The position numbers and the translations under genes are program-made. Under the pieces are notes generated by a model that worked only from the letters and a program-made list of their open reading frames with translations, made no database searches and had not been told where the DNA came from. From Andalucia godoyi And28 (lineage: Eukaryota > Protista > Jakobida): a DNA stretch of 64,000 nt. The DNA lies in assembly GCA_009859145.1 (NCBI GenBank), contig VRVR01000010.1, positions 35,211 to 99,210 of the forward strand, read 5' to 3'. Below are positions 54,632 to 64,000 of the stretch, in pieces; positions within the stretch are counted from its first letter, which is position 1; every line of letters begins with the position of its first letter.

Positions 54632-55603
54632 ATGGCGACGAATAAACCGAGTCTGGATTTTGTTGCTGTTCCCTTATCACAATCGTCATCTTCGCAATCA
54701 TCATCTTCACAATCATCGTCATCTGCATCTTCTGGGACGGTAGCGTCAACTGCTGGATATCAGCCGCTTGCGACATCTTCGCCGTCTACAGCGGCGATTC
54801 CAGCGGCATCGACGACGGCGAGCGGCTCGCTGTTTCCGAACTCGATTGCTGCGAGCATCACAACTGCGTTTGTAAAGGACCGAATTGCTTCGTTTTGGCA
54901 GACTGCATCTGCTACAGATTCTGCGCAACCCAGTCTGGCGTCTGGACAGCCAGGAGTCAGCAGCAGCAACTACAACGGCAATTCCCACATCCCACCGTCC
55001 GTCGCGGGAAGCGCTGGCGGTGCGGAGGACGGCTATTTCGATCCGAACAAGCCGCTGCTGGAAGAACTGGATATTGATCTGACCGACATTTCCACAAAGT
55101 TCAAGCTGGCACTGATTCCGTATTCTGGATGGAGAATGGACGACAACACAAAACTTACTTCGTTGATTGGGTTTTGGGGTCCGTTGCTTGCAGTGCTGCT
55201 GTTTGGAATGTGTCTCTTTCGATATGCGCTGAGTGCGATCTCGTGGGTGCTCTGCGTGTGGATCGCAGGATCACTGGCAGTTTATGTGCTCATCAAATGC
55301 TTGGGAGGCTCAAACTACTTTTCCCAGGTTTGCGCGGTTCTCGGGTACGGAACACTGCCGTTGGTCGCGACCCTGTTGGTTCAATATGTCCTTGAAATGT
55401 CCGTTCTGGAATCCGGTGTCAGGCTCTCGACCTTTTGGTGGACGGCTGTGGGATGCACTTGGGCTACCGCAACGTCACTTGGAATGCTTGTTACCGAGGC
55501 CACGAAACCGCGAGTCGCAATGTTGGCAGTCCCAATCCTGCTTGTGTACCTGTACATGATCCGCGTCACGTATCTCCAGGCTCTGTGGAATGTCTCCATC
55601 TGA
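54632..55603 (+). CDS. Yip1-domain protein (YIPF4/5-like)
   Basis: KPLLEELDID, FWGPLL, VCAVLGYGTLPL, five TM segments, C-terminal LLVYLY. Confidence 0.9.
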   Translation: MATNKPSLDFVAVPLSQSSSSQSSSSQSSSSASSGTVASTAGYQPLATSSPSTAAIPAASTTASGSLFPNSIAASITTAFVKDRIASFWQTASATDSAQPSLASGQPGVSSSNYNGNSHIPPSVAGSAGGAEDGYFDPNKPLLEELDIDLTDISTKFKLALIPYSGWRMDDNTKLTSLIGFWGPLLAVLLFGMCLFRYALSAISWVLCVWIAGSLAVYVLIKCLGGSNYFSQVCAVLGYGTLPLVATLLVQYVLEMSVLESGVRLSTFWWTAVGCTWATATSLGMLVTEATKPRVAMLAVPILLVYLYMIRVTYLQALWNVSI

Positions 55604-55797
55604 GAAGTCAAAGAAACAAGGAAATTTCAAGTAATTGCATCCACGAAATCCCAGCAGGCAGTTAAGAAGAAGAAATTTGATGAAGAAGTACAAATACCTT
55701 TCTTATTTCGGGCTAAGTTCGTTTAATAATTAATGATAATAAAAACCAAGACAATCAGCGAAAACGGGAGGTCAAGGGGGGAGGCCAGGATCTACAT

Positions 55798-58689
55798 CTA
55801 GGCTTCAATCGAATCGCAATTCGCAAGGTTGCGACCGGAGAAGCGACGCTCAGGAGAAGACATCACACGAGCAAGAGCTGATTTTGTAGGGGATCGGTGA
55901 TTGGACAATGGATTTTCCTTGTCCGAACACTCGTCTTCAGAAGCATTCAAAAGGTGCGGATCGACATTCGATTTCTTGACAAAGCTAAAGCTGGAGACTG
56001 CAGAAGTAACGCGGAACTGCAGGCATGGTCGACCAAGATTATCCTCATTCTCATTCTCATTCTCATTCTCATTCTCCCTCGCTCCCTGTACTCCTTTTTC
56101 TTCTACCTCTTCTACCTCTTCTTCTTCTTCTTCGTTATTGTCCCTGTTATAACGGTTGAAGGAAATACGCACCAGATCCTCTTCATCCTCATTTTCAACA
56201 TCTGACTCGCACCCAGAATCTCGGTTGGTGATACGGAACACCGAAGGGCAGCGAGAAGTTTGAGGTGTTGCATACACATGAACGCTTTGAGATTTTGCGG
56301 TTTCGAACAACATCGTTGGGAGATTCCTAGGGTCCATGGCCTCGGGATCGTTGAGATCGCTCAGGGTATCGCTTTCATCGTCGTCGGACTCAAGGTCTTC
56401 CTCCTCCAAAGCGTTGCACTCCTCATCGCTGTCATCATCCTCGACCATCTTTGAAAAGTCGTCCGCGGGCCCAAGCAAGGAAACACGCCGTGCTACTTCG
56501 AGCGCCGTTTGGATGTCTTCTGCATCATCGTCACCGAGTTCAGACGCTTCAGACAGGTCCCAGGAAGACAGTTCCTCCACAAGACGCTCAATGTTCATGA
56601 TTTGCGCAGACGCTTCTGCCATGTCTTCCTGCTCCTCTTCCGACGTGTTTGCGCCATTTTCCCGGCGCTGTTCTTCAACCTTGGATTTCCGGGTGGCGTT
56701 GCGGAGTCGGCGGGCCTTCTTGCCGTCTGTCACAAACGGGGTCAGGCCTTGGAGTCCGAGCTTGTTCGCATACGCAGAACCAAGATCAATACCCTCATCC
56801 GATTGCTCCCACTCCACAAGTCCAACACGTGTGTACTTGTCGCGATTGTGCGTCACTGCGAAGGGCTTCTTGACCTGAAGCTCCGTGTGCTGACGGAGGA
56901 TCGGAAGAAATTCTCTCCATTGGTTGTGCGTCACAAGGTAGTTGCGGAGGAACTGCGTCGGGGACATTGTGTCCGCACGGAGGCGCATCAGGTTGAACAG
57001 CTGCACAACGCATCCACGAGTGTCCGTCTTTGCAATCTCTGCATAGTGGCGGACTGCACGAGACAGGAATTTGCAGTTTGCAAGAACCGTCTTGAGCGTC
57101 TGGACATGGTTTTCATGCACCGCAGTCGTCAAGAGATGTGTGAATCGCACAAGGAACAGGTTGTTGAACCGGTACGAAAAGAACCAAGATACCATGCACT
57201 CCCAGGCACGCGTGGGGATGCGATCCAAGGCACCCACCTGGCAATTGACAAATTCATTCAGCAACTCAATGAGTGCCAAGCGAACCGTTCCAAAACCGAT
57301 TTCAACACGATAGGCAGACAGGACTACGCCTACATCGTGTTTTCCCGCATCGCGAAGCTTCTTCTTCGTTTCGTGCAGCTGGGCTATCCGCACGCACAGC
57401 GGAGACACCCAGTCCAGCAAAACAGTAGCCCACACACAGTAAATCTCGGCCATCACTCTAACCTGCAGCGAAGGAGATTCCTGTTGCGCCATTGCCTCCT
57501 GCACCACGTCCCATGCAGTGGATCCGCGTCTGAGAAGCTGCAACAGAGACTCGATGGCATTCTTCTGAATGATTTCCTTCTTGTTGGGGCCACGGACTGG
57601 CTCGGTCGTCGACGTAGCATTTGCAACATCCAACTTTCCCAAGGCAGTCATCAGCAAGTGATCGGTGATGTCTGAGCACTCGACGACCTCTCGCAACGCC
57701 ATACACATGACTCCATCGCGCCCGAGAATATCCAGCACCTGGATCCAAAAGTCCATTGCAGTATCCGAAATGCGAATGCACTGGTGTGTCGTGAACTTCT
57801 TGTTTCGCAACATTCCCGGAAGCGAGTCCTGGATGCAGATGCGCGACGCGATATGCGCCAAAAACCGACAGTGTTTCAGCGCATCGACCATTTGCCCCTT
57901 TGAACACTCATCCACAATGGAGTGGCTCAAGACGAGCAGGATCACTTCTGCTACGTGTGCATCTTCATGCAAATGATTCAGCGCCCTTAGGAACCCATTT
58001 GTGCAGCACCATGCACGAACAACAGAAACCGGATTCACCTTGAGCAATGCTTCCATTGCCTTTTTAAAGTGCTGAAAACACCCCATGGAAGGCTGGTCGA
58101 AGATCCGCAGCAGCTCCTTGGAAATCGCATATGCCTTTTCAGACAGAAACGTACGGAACGGCTGCGAGGGCTTCACGATCAAATCTGCCGCTTTTGCAGA
58201 CATCCGGAGCAAATCCATGTGTGAGATCTGGAACTCGGATCGCGTGGGACCAGCCCGAACACCAGTTTCCTCGTCCTTTTTTCCCTCTTCAACTTCATTA
58301 TCATCATCATCTTCCATTATTAAGAATGGGTTCGGTCTGGCCATCGAAATGAACGCACAAAATGCCGGAAGAACCTCCTTCTTGCGAAAGAACTCCACCA
58401 TTTTCCCTGTCACAATTGGCTTATCCAGCGAAAACAGCTTCTGGAAAAGCGCATACGTGCGAGACAAGGTCTCTCTGTGCGTCTCATCAAGAAGCTCTGT
58501 TGCTGCATCTCGAGAGGATGATGAAGGCGGGGAGGCTGCCGAAGAAGAAGAAGTGTACGGTGAAACAGGAGATGCAAAATACGCAGTCTTCATAGACATC
58601 CGTCGATTTGCAGTCGGCGAAGAAGAAGAAGTAGTAGTGTTGTTGCTGTTGTTGTACGCTGCAACGTCCGCATAAGAAATAGCCTCCAT
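55798..58689 (-). CDS. SAPS-domain (SIT4/PP6 regulatory subunit-like) protein
   Basis: FGTVRLALIELL, WFFSYRFNNLFL, helical repeats, long acidic C-terminal tail. Confidence 0.7.
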   Translation of the reverse strand: MEAISYADVAAYNNSNNTTTSSSSPTANRRMSMKTAYFASPVSPYTSSSSAASPPSSSSRDAATELLDETHRETLSRTYALFQKLFSLDKPIVTGKMVEFFRKKEVLPAFCAFISMARPNPFLIMEDDDDNEVEEGKKDEETGVRAGPTRSEFQISHMDLLRMSAKAADLIVKPSQPFRTFLSEKAYAISKELLRIFDQPSMGCFQHFKKAMEALLKVNPVSVVRAWCCTNGFLRALNHLHEDAHVAEVILLVLSHSIVDECSKGQMVDALKHCRFLAHIASRICIQDSLPGMLRNKKFTTHQCIRISDTAMDFWIQVLDILGRDGVMCMALREVVECSDITDHLLMTALGKLDVANATSTTEPVRGPNKKEIIQKNAIESLLQLLRRGSTAWDVVQEAMAQQESPSLQVRVMAEIYCVWATVLLDWVSPLCVRIAQLHETKKKLRDAGKHDVGVVLSAYRVEIGFGTVRLALIELLNEFVNCQVGALDRIPTRAWECMVSWFFSYRFNNLFLVRFTHLLTTAVHENHVQTLKTVLANCKFLSRAVRHYAEIAKTDTRGCVVQLFNLMRLRADTMSPTQFLRNYLVTHNQWREFLPILRQHTELQVKKPFAVTHNRDKYTRVGLVEWEQSDEGIDLGSAYANKLGLQGLTPFVTDGKKARRLRNATRKSKVEEQRRENGANTSEEEQEDMAEASAQIMNIERLVEELSSWDLSEASELGDDDAEDIQTALEVARRVSLLGPADDFSKMVEDDDSDEECNALEEEDLESDDDESDTLSDLNDPEAMDPRNLPTMLFETAKSQSVHVYATPQTSRCPSVFRITNRDSGCESDVENEDEEDLVRISFNRYNRDNNEEEEEEVEEVEEKGVQGARENENENENENEDNLGRPCLQFRVTSAVSSFSFVKKSNVDPHLLNASEDECSDKENPLSNHRSPTKSALARVMSSPERRFSGRNLANCDSIEA

Positions 58690-59623
58690 TATTGTCTTTC
58701 TTTTCTTTTTTTCTTTGCACACTCTAAAGAATCAAACTCAAGTTATTGAGAACGTAAACGTGAGGAGAAAGGTCAATTCAGCAAAAAGCAAAAAGAAGAA
58801 GGATACGAACAAGAAGGCAAAGCGAGGAGGAGGAGGAACAGCGCAATGTTTTGTAGTCTTTAAAAAAAAAAAAACGAGTCAACGAAAAACTGACGAGCGT
58901 TTTGGGTCAATTAATTATTGTCTTTTTAAATAAAATAAAAAGAGAAAGAAAGAAAATCTGCAGCAAAATAAAAACAAATAAAAAGAATGATGAGAAAAAT
59001 ATAAATGCTAATAATTTAAAAAACAAGCTTTGAAAAACAGAATCGTTAGCGTCTTTTTGCTTTAGAAAAAATCTCAATTGGAATGTCCGAATGGGGGTGA
59101 TCAGTTCATATTTTCCTTTTCAATTTCCTCAATAACTGAGAGAAGATTTGCCCGAAAAAGCAAGAAGAGAACCGTTTGAGCCTTGAAAGAGTTCAGTGCA
59201 CCGTTAATTGTCCGTGTTTTTACGAATCCCTACTACGGAATTTGCAAGTCGTGTCTGCAACTGCTTTTGCGTCCTTTTTCCACCACGTCGAAATTTACTA
59301 TTATTGTTATTTCTTTGGTGGGAACAGCTTCTTTTCTGCTCGCATGTCTGAAGAGCTTGGGACCCATCAACCCAAGAAACGTCAAAATCGCCCAGGTTTC
59401 AAACTGTTTTCGTTTTTTATCTGCCATCATTATTTCATTGATGTCGTTTGTTGCTGTTGTTGTCTTTTTCCCATTGCCGTTTCTGCGCGAAAATAATCAA
59501 TTGATACACTACCCTGTGTTTGTTCGTGATTCTTCTTTCGTGTATACGTACATCTCCATTTGTGTCTGTGTCCATCGGGGACGCCTGCTTGTGGGAACAC
59601 GAAGAAGCGCGTGAAAAGAAGAG

Positions 59624-62119
59624 ATGTCGACACTCACAGCTCGGGGAAACACGGCGGTTGCGCTGCGGAAGGAAACGAGGCGACAAGATCCGGAATGGTC
59701 GCGATTCCTGAACCAGGTAGAGGGACGATCGCCGCAGAAATCGCGGCCTAAATCTCCTTCGAAACTGCTTCGCGAGAGTCCAAACACATCTTCTAACACA
59801 CTGCTGAATCAATCGGATGCTGCTGCTCAAAAGACTCCGACTCGATCACCTCGCACTCAGCTTAAACAGCCAAATAGCAGTAACAAGAATAACAGCGGCA
59901 GCAGTAGCAGTAGCAGTGGCGGTAATGGTAATGGTAATGCAAATGCAACAGCAAATTCGAATGCTGCCGGCAACACAACGTCATTGGCAGTGACTCCCTC
60001 CAGCCCAAAATCTGCGTCGTCGAGATCGGAGAAGCAAAATGCGTCTGGTGATTTGTCGAGAATCCAATCGGAAGATACAGAAGAATTTCTATCTCCTATT
60101 CGATCGACGGGGTCTCCAGGTGCCGCAACAGCAATAATTGCGAACAATTCGAGTCAAGCGGGAGGAGGAGCAGGGCCGGAGCTTAGCGCAGCATCTGCAG
60201 TGTCGTTTGCAGACCATCCTCTTCGAAAGTCTCCTCAATATCAAAATGGATCGGCGGACAAGGGGCCCCAGTACACAACGAACTTGTCGGCTTCTGCTGC
60301 GCAGCTCATGAACCAAACGTCGAATTCGAGTGCAATGACGCAGTCGATGGGCGGTGCGGGAGGTAATCGCACGTTGAACCAGGTCATGGAAGACGGTGTT
60401 CGACTGTATGGGGGCGGATGGTTGGCGTACGGAGCAGATGGTTTCTTGCCGAGCTCGCCCTACATCTACGACCCTGTCCATATTCCCAATGTTCGTGCAG
60501 ATAGAATTGTGTCGATTGCATGTGGTGAGATGCACACGCTATTACTGACCGATGACGGAGCAGTTTGGTCTTTTGGAAATGCGGAAGACGGACGGCTCGG
60601 CCATGGGAGCTCGCACAACGAGCTGTTTCCGAGGATGGTCACGCGGCTCCGGGGGAAGCGAGTCGTCCAAGTGGCCGCAGGTGCCCGGCACTCGGCAGCA
60701 GTCACCGCGGACGGGTTGCTATTTGTTTGGGGTCGATCGGATCATGGCCAACTGGGCATCAAGGGCGTCGAGTCATCTTACTTCCCCCGGCTTGTTTCCG
60801 AGCCTTTTGTGAAGGAACAGCGATTCGTGTCGCGCGTGGCGTGCGGATCCAACCATACCGTTGTTCTCAGTGGAGGCGGTGCAGCAGCAATTGGGTCATC
60901 GGGAGCGATCCTGGCTGGAGGGGGTGGATCGGTGCTCTGGGCGTCGGGATCCAACTCCTGCGGCCAACTCGGAGTCGTGAGGGGACGAGAAGAGAGCAGC
61001 GTACCGACATTTACTCTCGTCAAATGGGACCGGCATCGCAAGATCGTCAGTCTTGCCGCAGGAGATGAGCACTCGGCGGCCGTCGATTCCGAGGGCGGCT
61101 TATGGACATGGGGCAACGGCATTCACGGCCAGCTGATGAATGCAGACTGTGCCGATCGCGCACACCCAGCCCCGATCTACATCCCGGGCGATTGCATGGT
61201 TCGCATGCAGGCTCCAGCAACTGCAAGCTCAGGGCAACTGACGCGAGCCGGATCTCCCAATGCATCATTTTATGGCACGACTGGAACCCGCCCGGCGTCC
61301 TCGGTGATGTCTCACAACCGTCCCTCCACATCGGGTTCTACGGGCTCCTTTTCGAATGGTGCTGTCCGGTATGTTCCCCCAAAGTTTTCTCTGGTTATTT
61401 GCGGGTATGCCCATACGCTGGCGGTGACGGAAGACGGAGTGGCGTTTGTTGGTGGATGGAACGCCTATGGTCAACTCGGTCTCGGGCATCAAAGAAACGT
61501 TGCGATTCCGACACGGCTCAGTGCGTTCGAGGGCCGAAAGATCATTGACGCGGCTGCCGGATTCAAGCATACTGTGATCATCACGGATGAGTGCAAAGCG
61601 TTTGCATTTGGAGACAATACATTCGGCCAACTTGGTCTTGGAAGGCCTCACGGATTGCGTTTGCCGTCGGAAAAGTCGGTGCACGGGTCGACGAACACGT
61701 TTGATTTGGGGCTGGTTCCGGATGGCATTGGTGTTCTCAAGGAAGCTGTGACGTCTACACCAACCCTGGTTCGATCCCTCAGTTCGATGTCTGCAAAATC
61801 CGTGTACTGCGGATGCTATTCAACCCTGATCTTTTGCGACTTGCTGTCACTTGAAGAGAAGAATCGTCTGGTGGAGATTTTCAAATCGATTGATACGGGC
61901 AACGATGGCACCTTGTCTGAAAATGAGATCGGGGTCATGTTTGCGAAGCTCGGACGTCCACTGCTGAAGAGCGAGCGCCGTCTGCTGATGAAGGCGATCG
62001 ACACGAATTCCAACGGGTACATTTCGCTGGAGGAATTCTTGTCCCATTACGTCCCGCTCGTCAGTCTCCTGGAACAGCTCGACATTGCGCAAGGCAGGAA
62101 GCCCACCAAGATTCTGTAG
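59624..62119 (+). CDS. RCC1-repeat protein with two C-terminal EF-hands
   Basis: Repeats IACGEMHT..GAVWSFG.A..GRLGHG, VAAGARHS, VACGSNHT, LAAGDEHS, ICGYAHT, AAAGFKHT; EF loops DTGNDGTLSENE and DTNSNGYISLEE. Confidence 0.9.
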   Translation: MSTLTARGNTAVALRKETRRQDPEWSRFLNQVEGRSPQKSRPKSPSKLLRESPNTSSNTLLNQSDAAAQKTPTRSPRTQLKQPNSSNKNNSGSSSSSSGGNGNGNANATANSNAAGNTTSLAVTPSSPKSASSRSEKQNASGDLSRIQSEDTEEFLSPIRSTGSPGAATAIIANNSSQAGGGAGPELSAASAVSFADHPLRKSPQYQNGSADKGPQYTTNLSASAAQLMNQTSNSSAMTQSMGGAGGNRTLNQVMEDGVRLYGGGWLAYGADGFLPSSPYIYDPVHIPNVRADRIVSIACGEMHTLLLTDDGAVWSFGNAEDGRLGHGSSHNELFPRMVTRLRGKRVVQVAAGARHSAAVTADGLLFVWGRSDHGQLGIKGVESSYFPRLVSEPFVKEQRFVSRVACGSNHTVVLSGGGAAAIGSSGAILAGGGGSVLWASGSNSCGQLGVVRGREESSVPTFTLVKWDRHRKIVSLAAGDEHSAAVDSEGGLWTWGNGIHGQLMNADCADRAHPAPIYIPGDCMVRMQAPATASSGQLTRAGSPNASFYGTTGTRPASSVMSHNRPSTSGSTGSFSNGAVRYVPPKFSLVICGYAHTLAVTEDGVAFVGGWNAYGQLGLGHQRNVAIPTRLSAFEGRKIIDAAAGFKHTVIITDECKAFAFGDNTFGQLGLGRPHGLRLPSEKSVHGSTNTFDLGLVPDGIGVLKEAVTSTPTLVRSLSSMSAKSVYCGCYSTLIFCDLLSLEEKNRLVEIFKSIDTGNDGTLSENEIGVMFAKLGRPLLKSERRLLMKAIDTNSNGYISLEEFLSHYVPLVSLLEQLDIAQGRKPTKIL

Positions 62120-62380
62120 TCCATGTGTTTCGCGGTGAGAAGGACCTGTAAAAAAAAGGGAGGGGGGAGGGGAGCAAGGTAATAAGATTTGCGTTTCCTG
62201 AAAAACAATACACCACATCATACATACACGATTTTCTTTTTCTTTTTATTTACGTCAAGAAATCGCCTGCAAAGGACAGTGAGGATGGAAGGGGTAACAT
62301 GGAAAAAGAGGTAATGATTCATTCACCACCACCACCACCACCACCACCACCCCTTCCTTCATCATCATCATCTTCTCTTG

Positions 62381-63592
62381 TTACTGCTCGTTTGCAACAA
62401 CGTCTGCAATGGCATCTGCAACGTACTCGAGATTTCTCGCGCCAAGCCCAGCCATAGAGATTCTTCCGTTTTTGGTCAGGTAAATGTGCCATTTCGACAT
62501 CAAGCGCTCACATTGCTTGACCGACAGACCGGTGTACGAGAACATTCCAATCTGCTCCTTGATCTGCTCCCACTTTCCTGGAACATTTCTCTTTTTGAGG
62601 GCGTCATACAAGTCTGTGCGAAGGGCTTTGATGCGGTTCGCCATGACCTTGACATCCTGGTCCCAAAGGTTGTACAATTCCTTGTCGTTCAACACCAGTG
62701 CAACGATGCGTGCACCATGCAACTGCGGGGAGCTGTAGTTGACACGGACGATGGGCTTGACCTGCGACGTGACCTTGGTTGCAGTATCAATGTCCTTCAG
62801 AACCACAGAGAATGCACCGATTCGCTCTCCGTACAAACCAAAGTTCTTTGCAAACGACTGCGAAACAAACATTTCCATGCCCTCCTTGTAGAACAGTCGC
62901 ACGGCCCATGCATCATTGTCCAAATCACCAGAAGCGAAACCCTGGTATGCACAGTCAAAGAACGGCATCAGATCCCGCTGCTTGCAGATCTCAAGAATGC
63001 GCCTCCACTGCTCCTGCGACGGATCGAATCCTGTCGGGTTGTGGGCACACGCATGCAGCAAGATCACTGATCCGGCTGGTGCGGACTCCAAGTCTGCAAC
63101 CATTCCGCTGAAATCATACGCACGGTTCTTTGCATCATAGTACCGGTACGCACGCTCCTCGATTCCAAGATGAGCAAGCATCTGGTTGTGGTTACCCCAC
63201 GTCGGGTTGGAAAGGTACACTGCCGAACCCGGCATCCACTTCTTGATGAACTCAAAACCAATGCGAAGAGCGCCCGTTCCAGAAAGCGACTGGCAGGTCA
63301 CAATCTTCTTATCATTGCATCCAAAGATCAACCGCTGGCAAGCATCCCGAAGTGCCGGAAGCCCGTCAATGGGGATGTATTCCTTGTCAAGCTTTCCAGC
63401 AGCAGTGTCTGCAACAATCCGCTTCTCAGCCTCCAGAACAGCGCGGAGTACCCACGGTTTTCCCTCTGCAGTTCGGTACGCCCCAACTCCCAAATTCACT
63501 TTCTTCGGGTCCGTGTCCGCCACAAACAGCTGGTTCAGACCAAGAATTGGGTCCATAGGCGCCTCAGGAATCGCCGCAAATCGACTGCTCAT
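62381..63592 (-). CDS. Aspartate aminotransferase (no evident targeting leader)
   Basis: PMDPILGL, VNLGVGAYRT, QSLSGTGAL, HACAHNPTG, DCAYQGFASG, SFAKNFGLYGERIG (PLP Lys), GRISMAG. Confidence 0.97.
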   Translation of the reverse strand: MSSRFAAIPEAPMDPILGLNQLFVADTDPKKVNLGVGAYRTAEGKPWVLRAVLEAEKRIVADTAAGKLDKEYIPIDGLPALRDACQRLIFGCNDKKIVTCQSLSGTGALRIGFEFIKKWMPGSAVYLSNPTWGNHNQMLAHLGIEERAYRYYDAKNRAYDFSGMVADLESAPAGSVILLHACAHNPTGFDPSQEQWRRILEICKQRDLMPFFDCAYQGFASGDLDNDAWAVRLFYKEGMEMFVSQSFAKNFGLYGERIGAFSVVLKDIDTATKVTSQVKPIVRVNYSSPQLHGARIVALVLNDKELYNLWDQDVKVMANRIKALRTDLYDALKKRNVPGKWEQIKEQIGMFSYTGLSVKQCERLMSKWHIYLTKNGRISMAGLGARNLEYVADAIADVVANEQ

Positions 63593-63960
63593 CGTTCAAA
63601 TTTCAAATTTCAAGAATAACAACACCGACACCAACATCCAAAAAAGAAGAAAAAAGAAGAAAAGAGAGAGAGAGAGAGACCGAATAAAGACGAAAGAAGA
63701 AAAACAGAAAATGATGGAAAACAGATTTGCTTCATTTGAACCCAAGAAACGACGCAAAGGTTCGAGAATGGTTAGGCAGGAACGATTGGGGGAAAATTAG
63801 GAGAGAGAAAAAAAGCACCAATTAGTTGTAGTAATGGCAAAGGCATTGAGCGTACGAGCGGTGGACACAGACACGGAGCGCAAGAATATTTTGGTATTTT
63901 TGATATATATATTTGGTTTGTTTTCAGAAGAAGCGGGATGGAAAGCATTAGATAGTGCAC

Positions 63961-63963
<3 letters not shown>

Positions 63964-64000
<37 letters not shown>
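63964..64000. repeat. (GA)n microsatellite running off the window end
   Basis: Direct read. Confidence 0.9.

Overview
Gene-dense, intron-poor nuclear DNA of a flagellated heterotrophic microbial eukaryote (Sfi1, Tctex1, complex I NUUM, nuclear ATP synthase beta; a jakobid/Discoba-type protist is a guess, not established). About 33 protein genes, three identical tRNA-Gly(GCC) genes and many microsatellites in AT-rich spacers. Three introns could be reconstructed, all with GTATGT donors. Most interesting: (1) a secreted PHB-depolymerase-like gene next to a proteobacterial-type 3-hydroxybutyrate dehydrogenase, a possible two-gene module for digesting prey polyhydroxybutyrate; (2) a frameshifted TnpB/Fanzor-like relic at ~53.5-54.3 kb that the ORF track misses; (3) a YqaJ/lambda-exonuclease-like nuclease with a mitochondrial-type leader; (4) tRNA-Gly genes with an atypical A1:U72 pair, two of which form an inverted pair around a divergent CENP-L-like gene. 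All homology calls are from motif recognition by eye; no searches were run.
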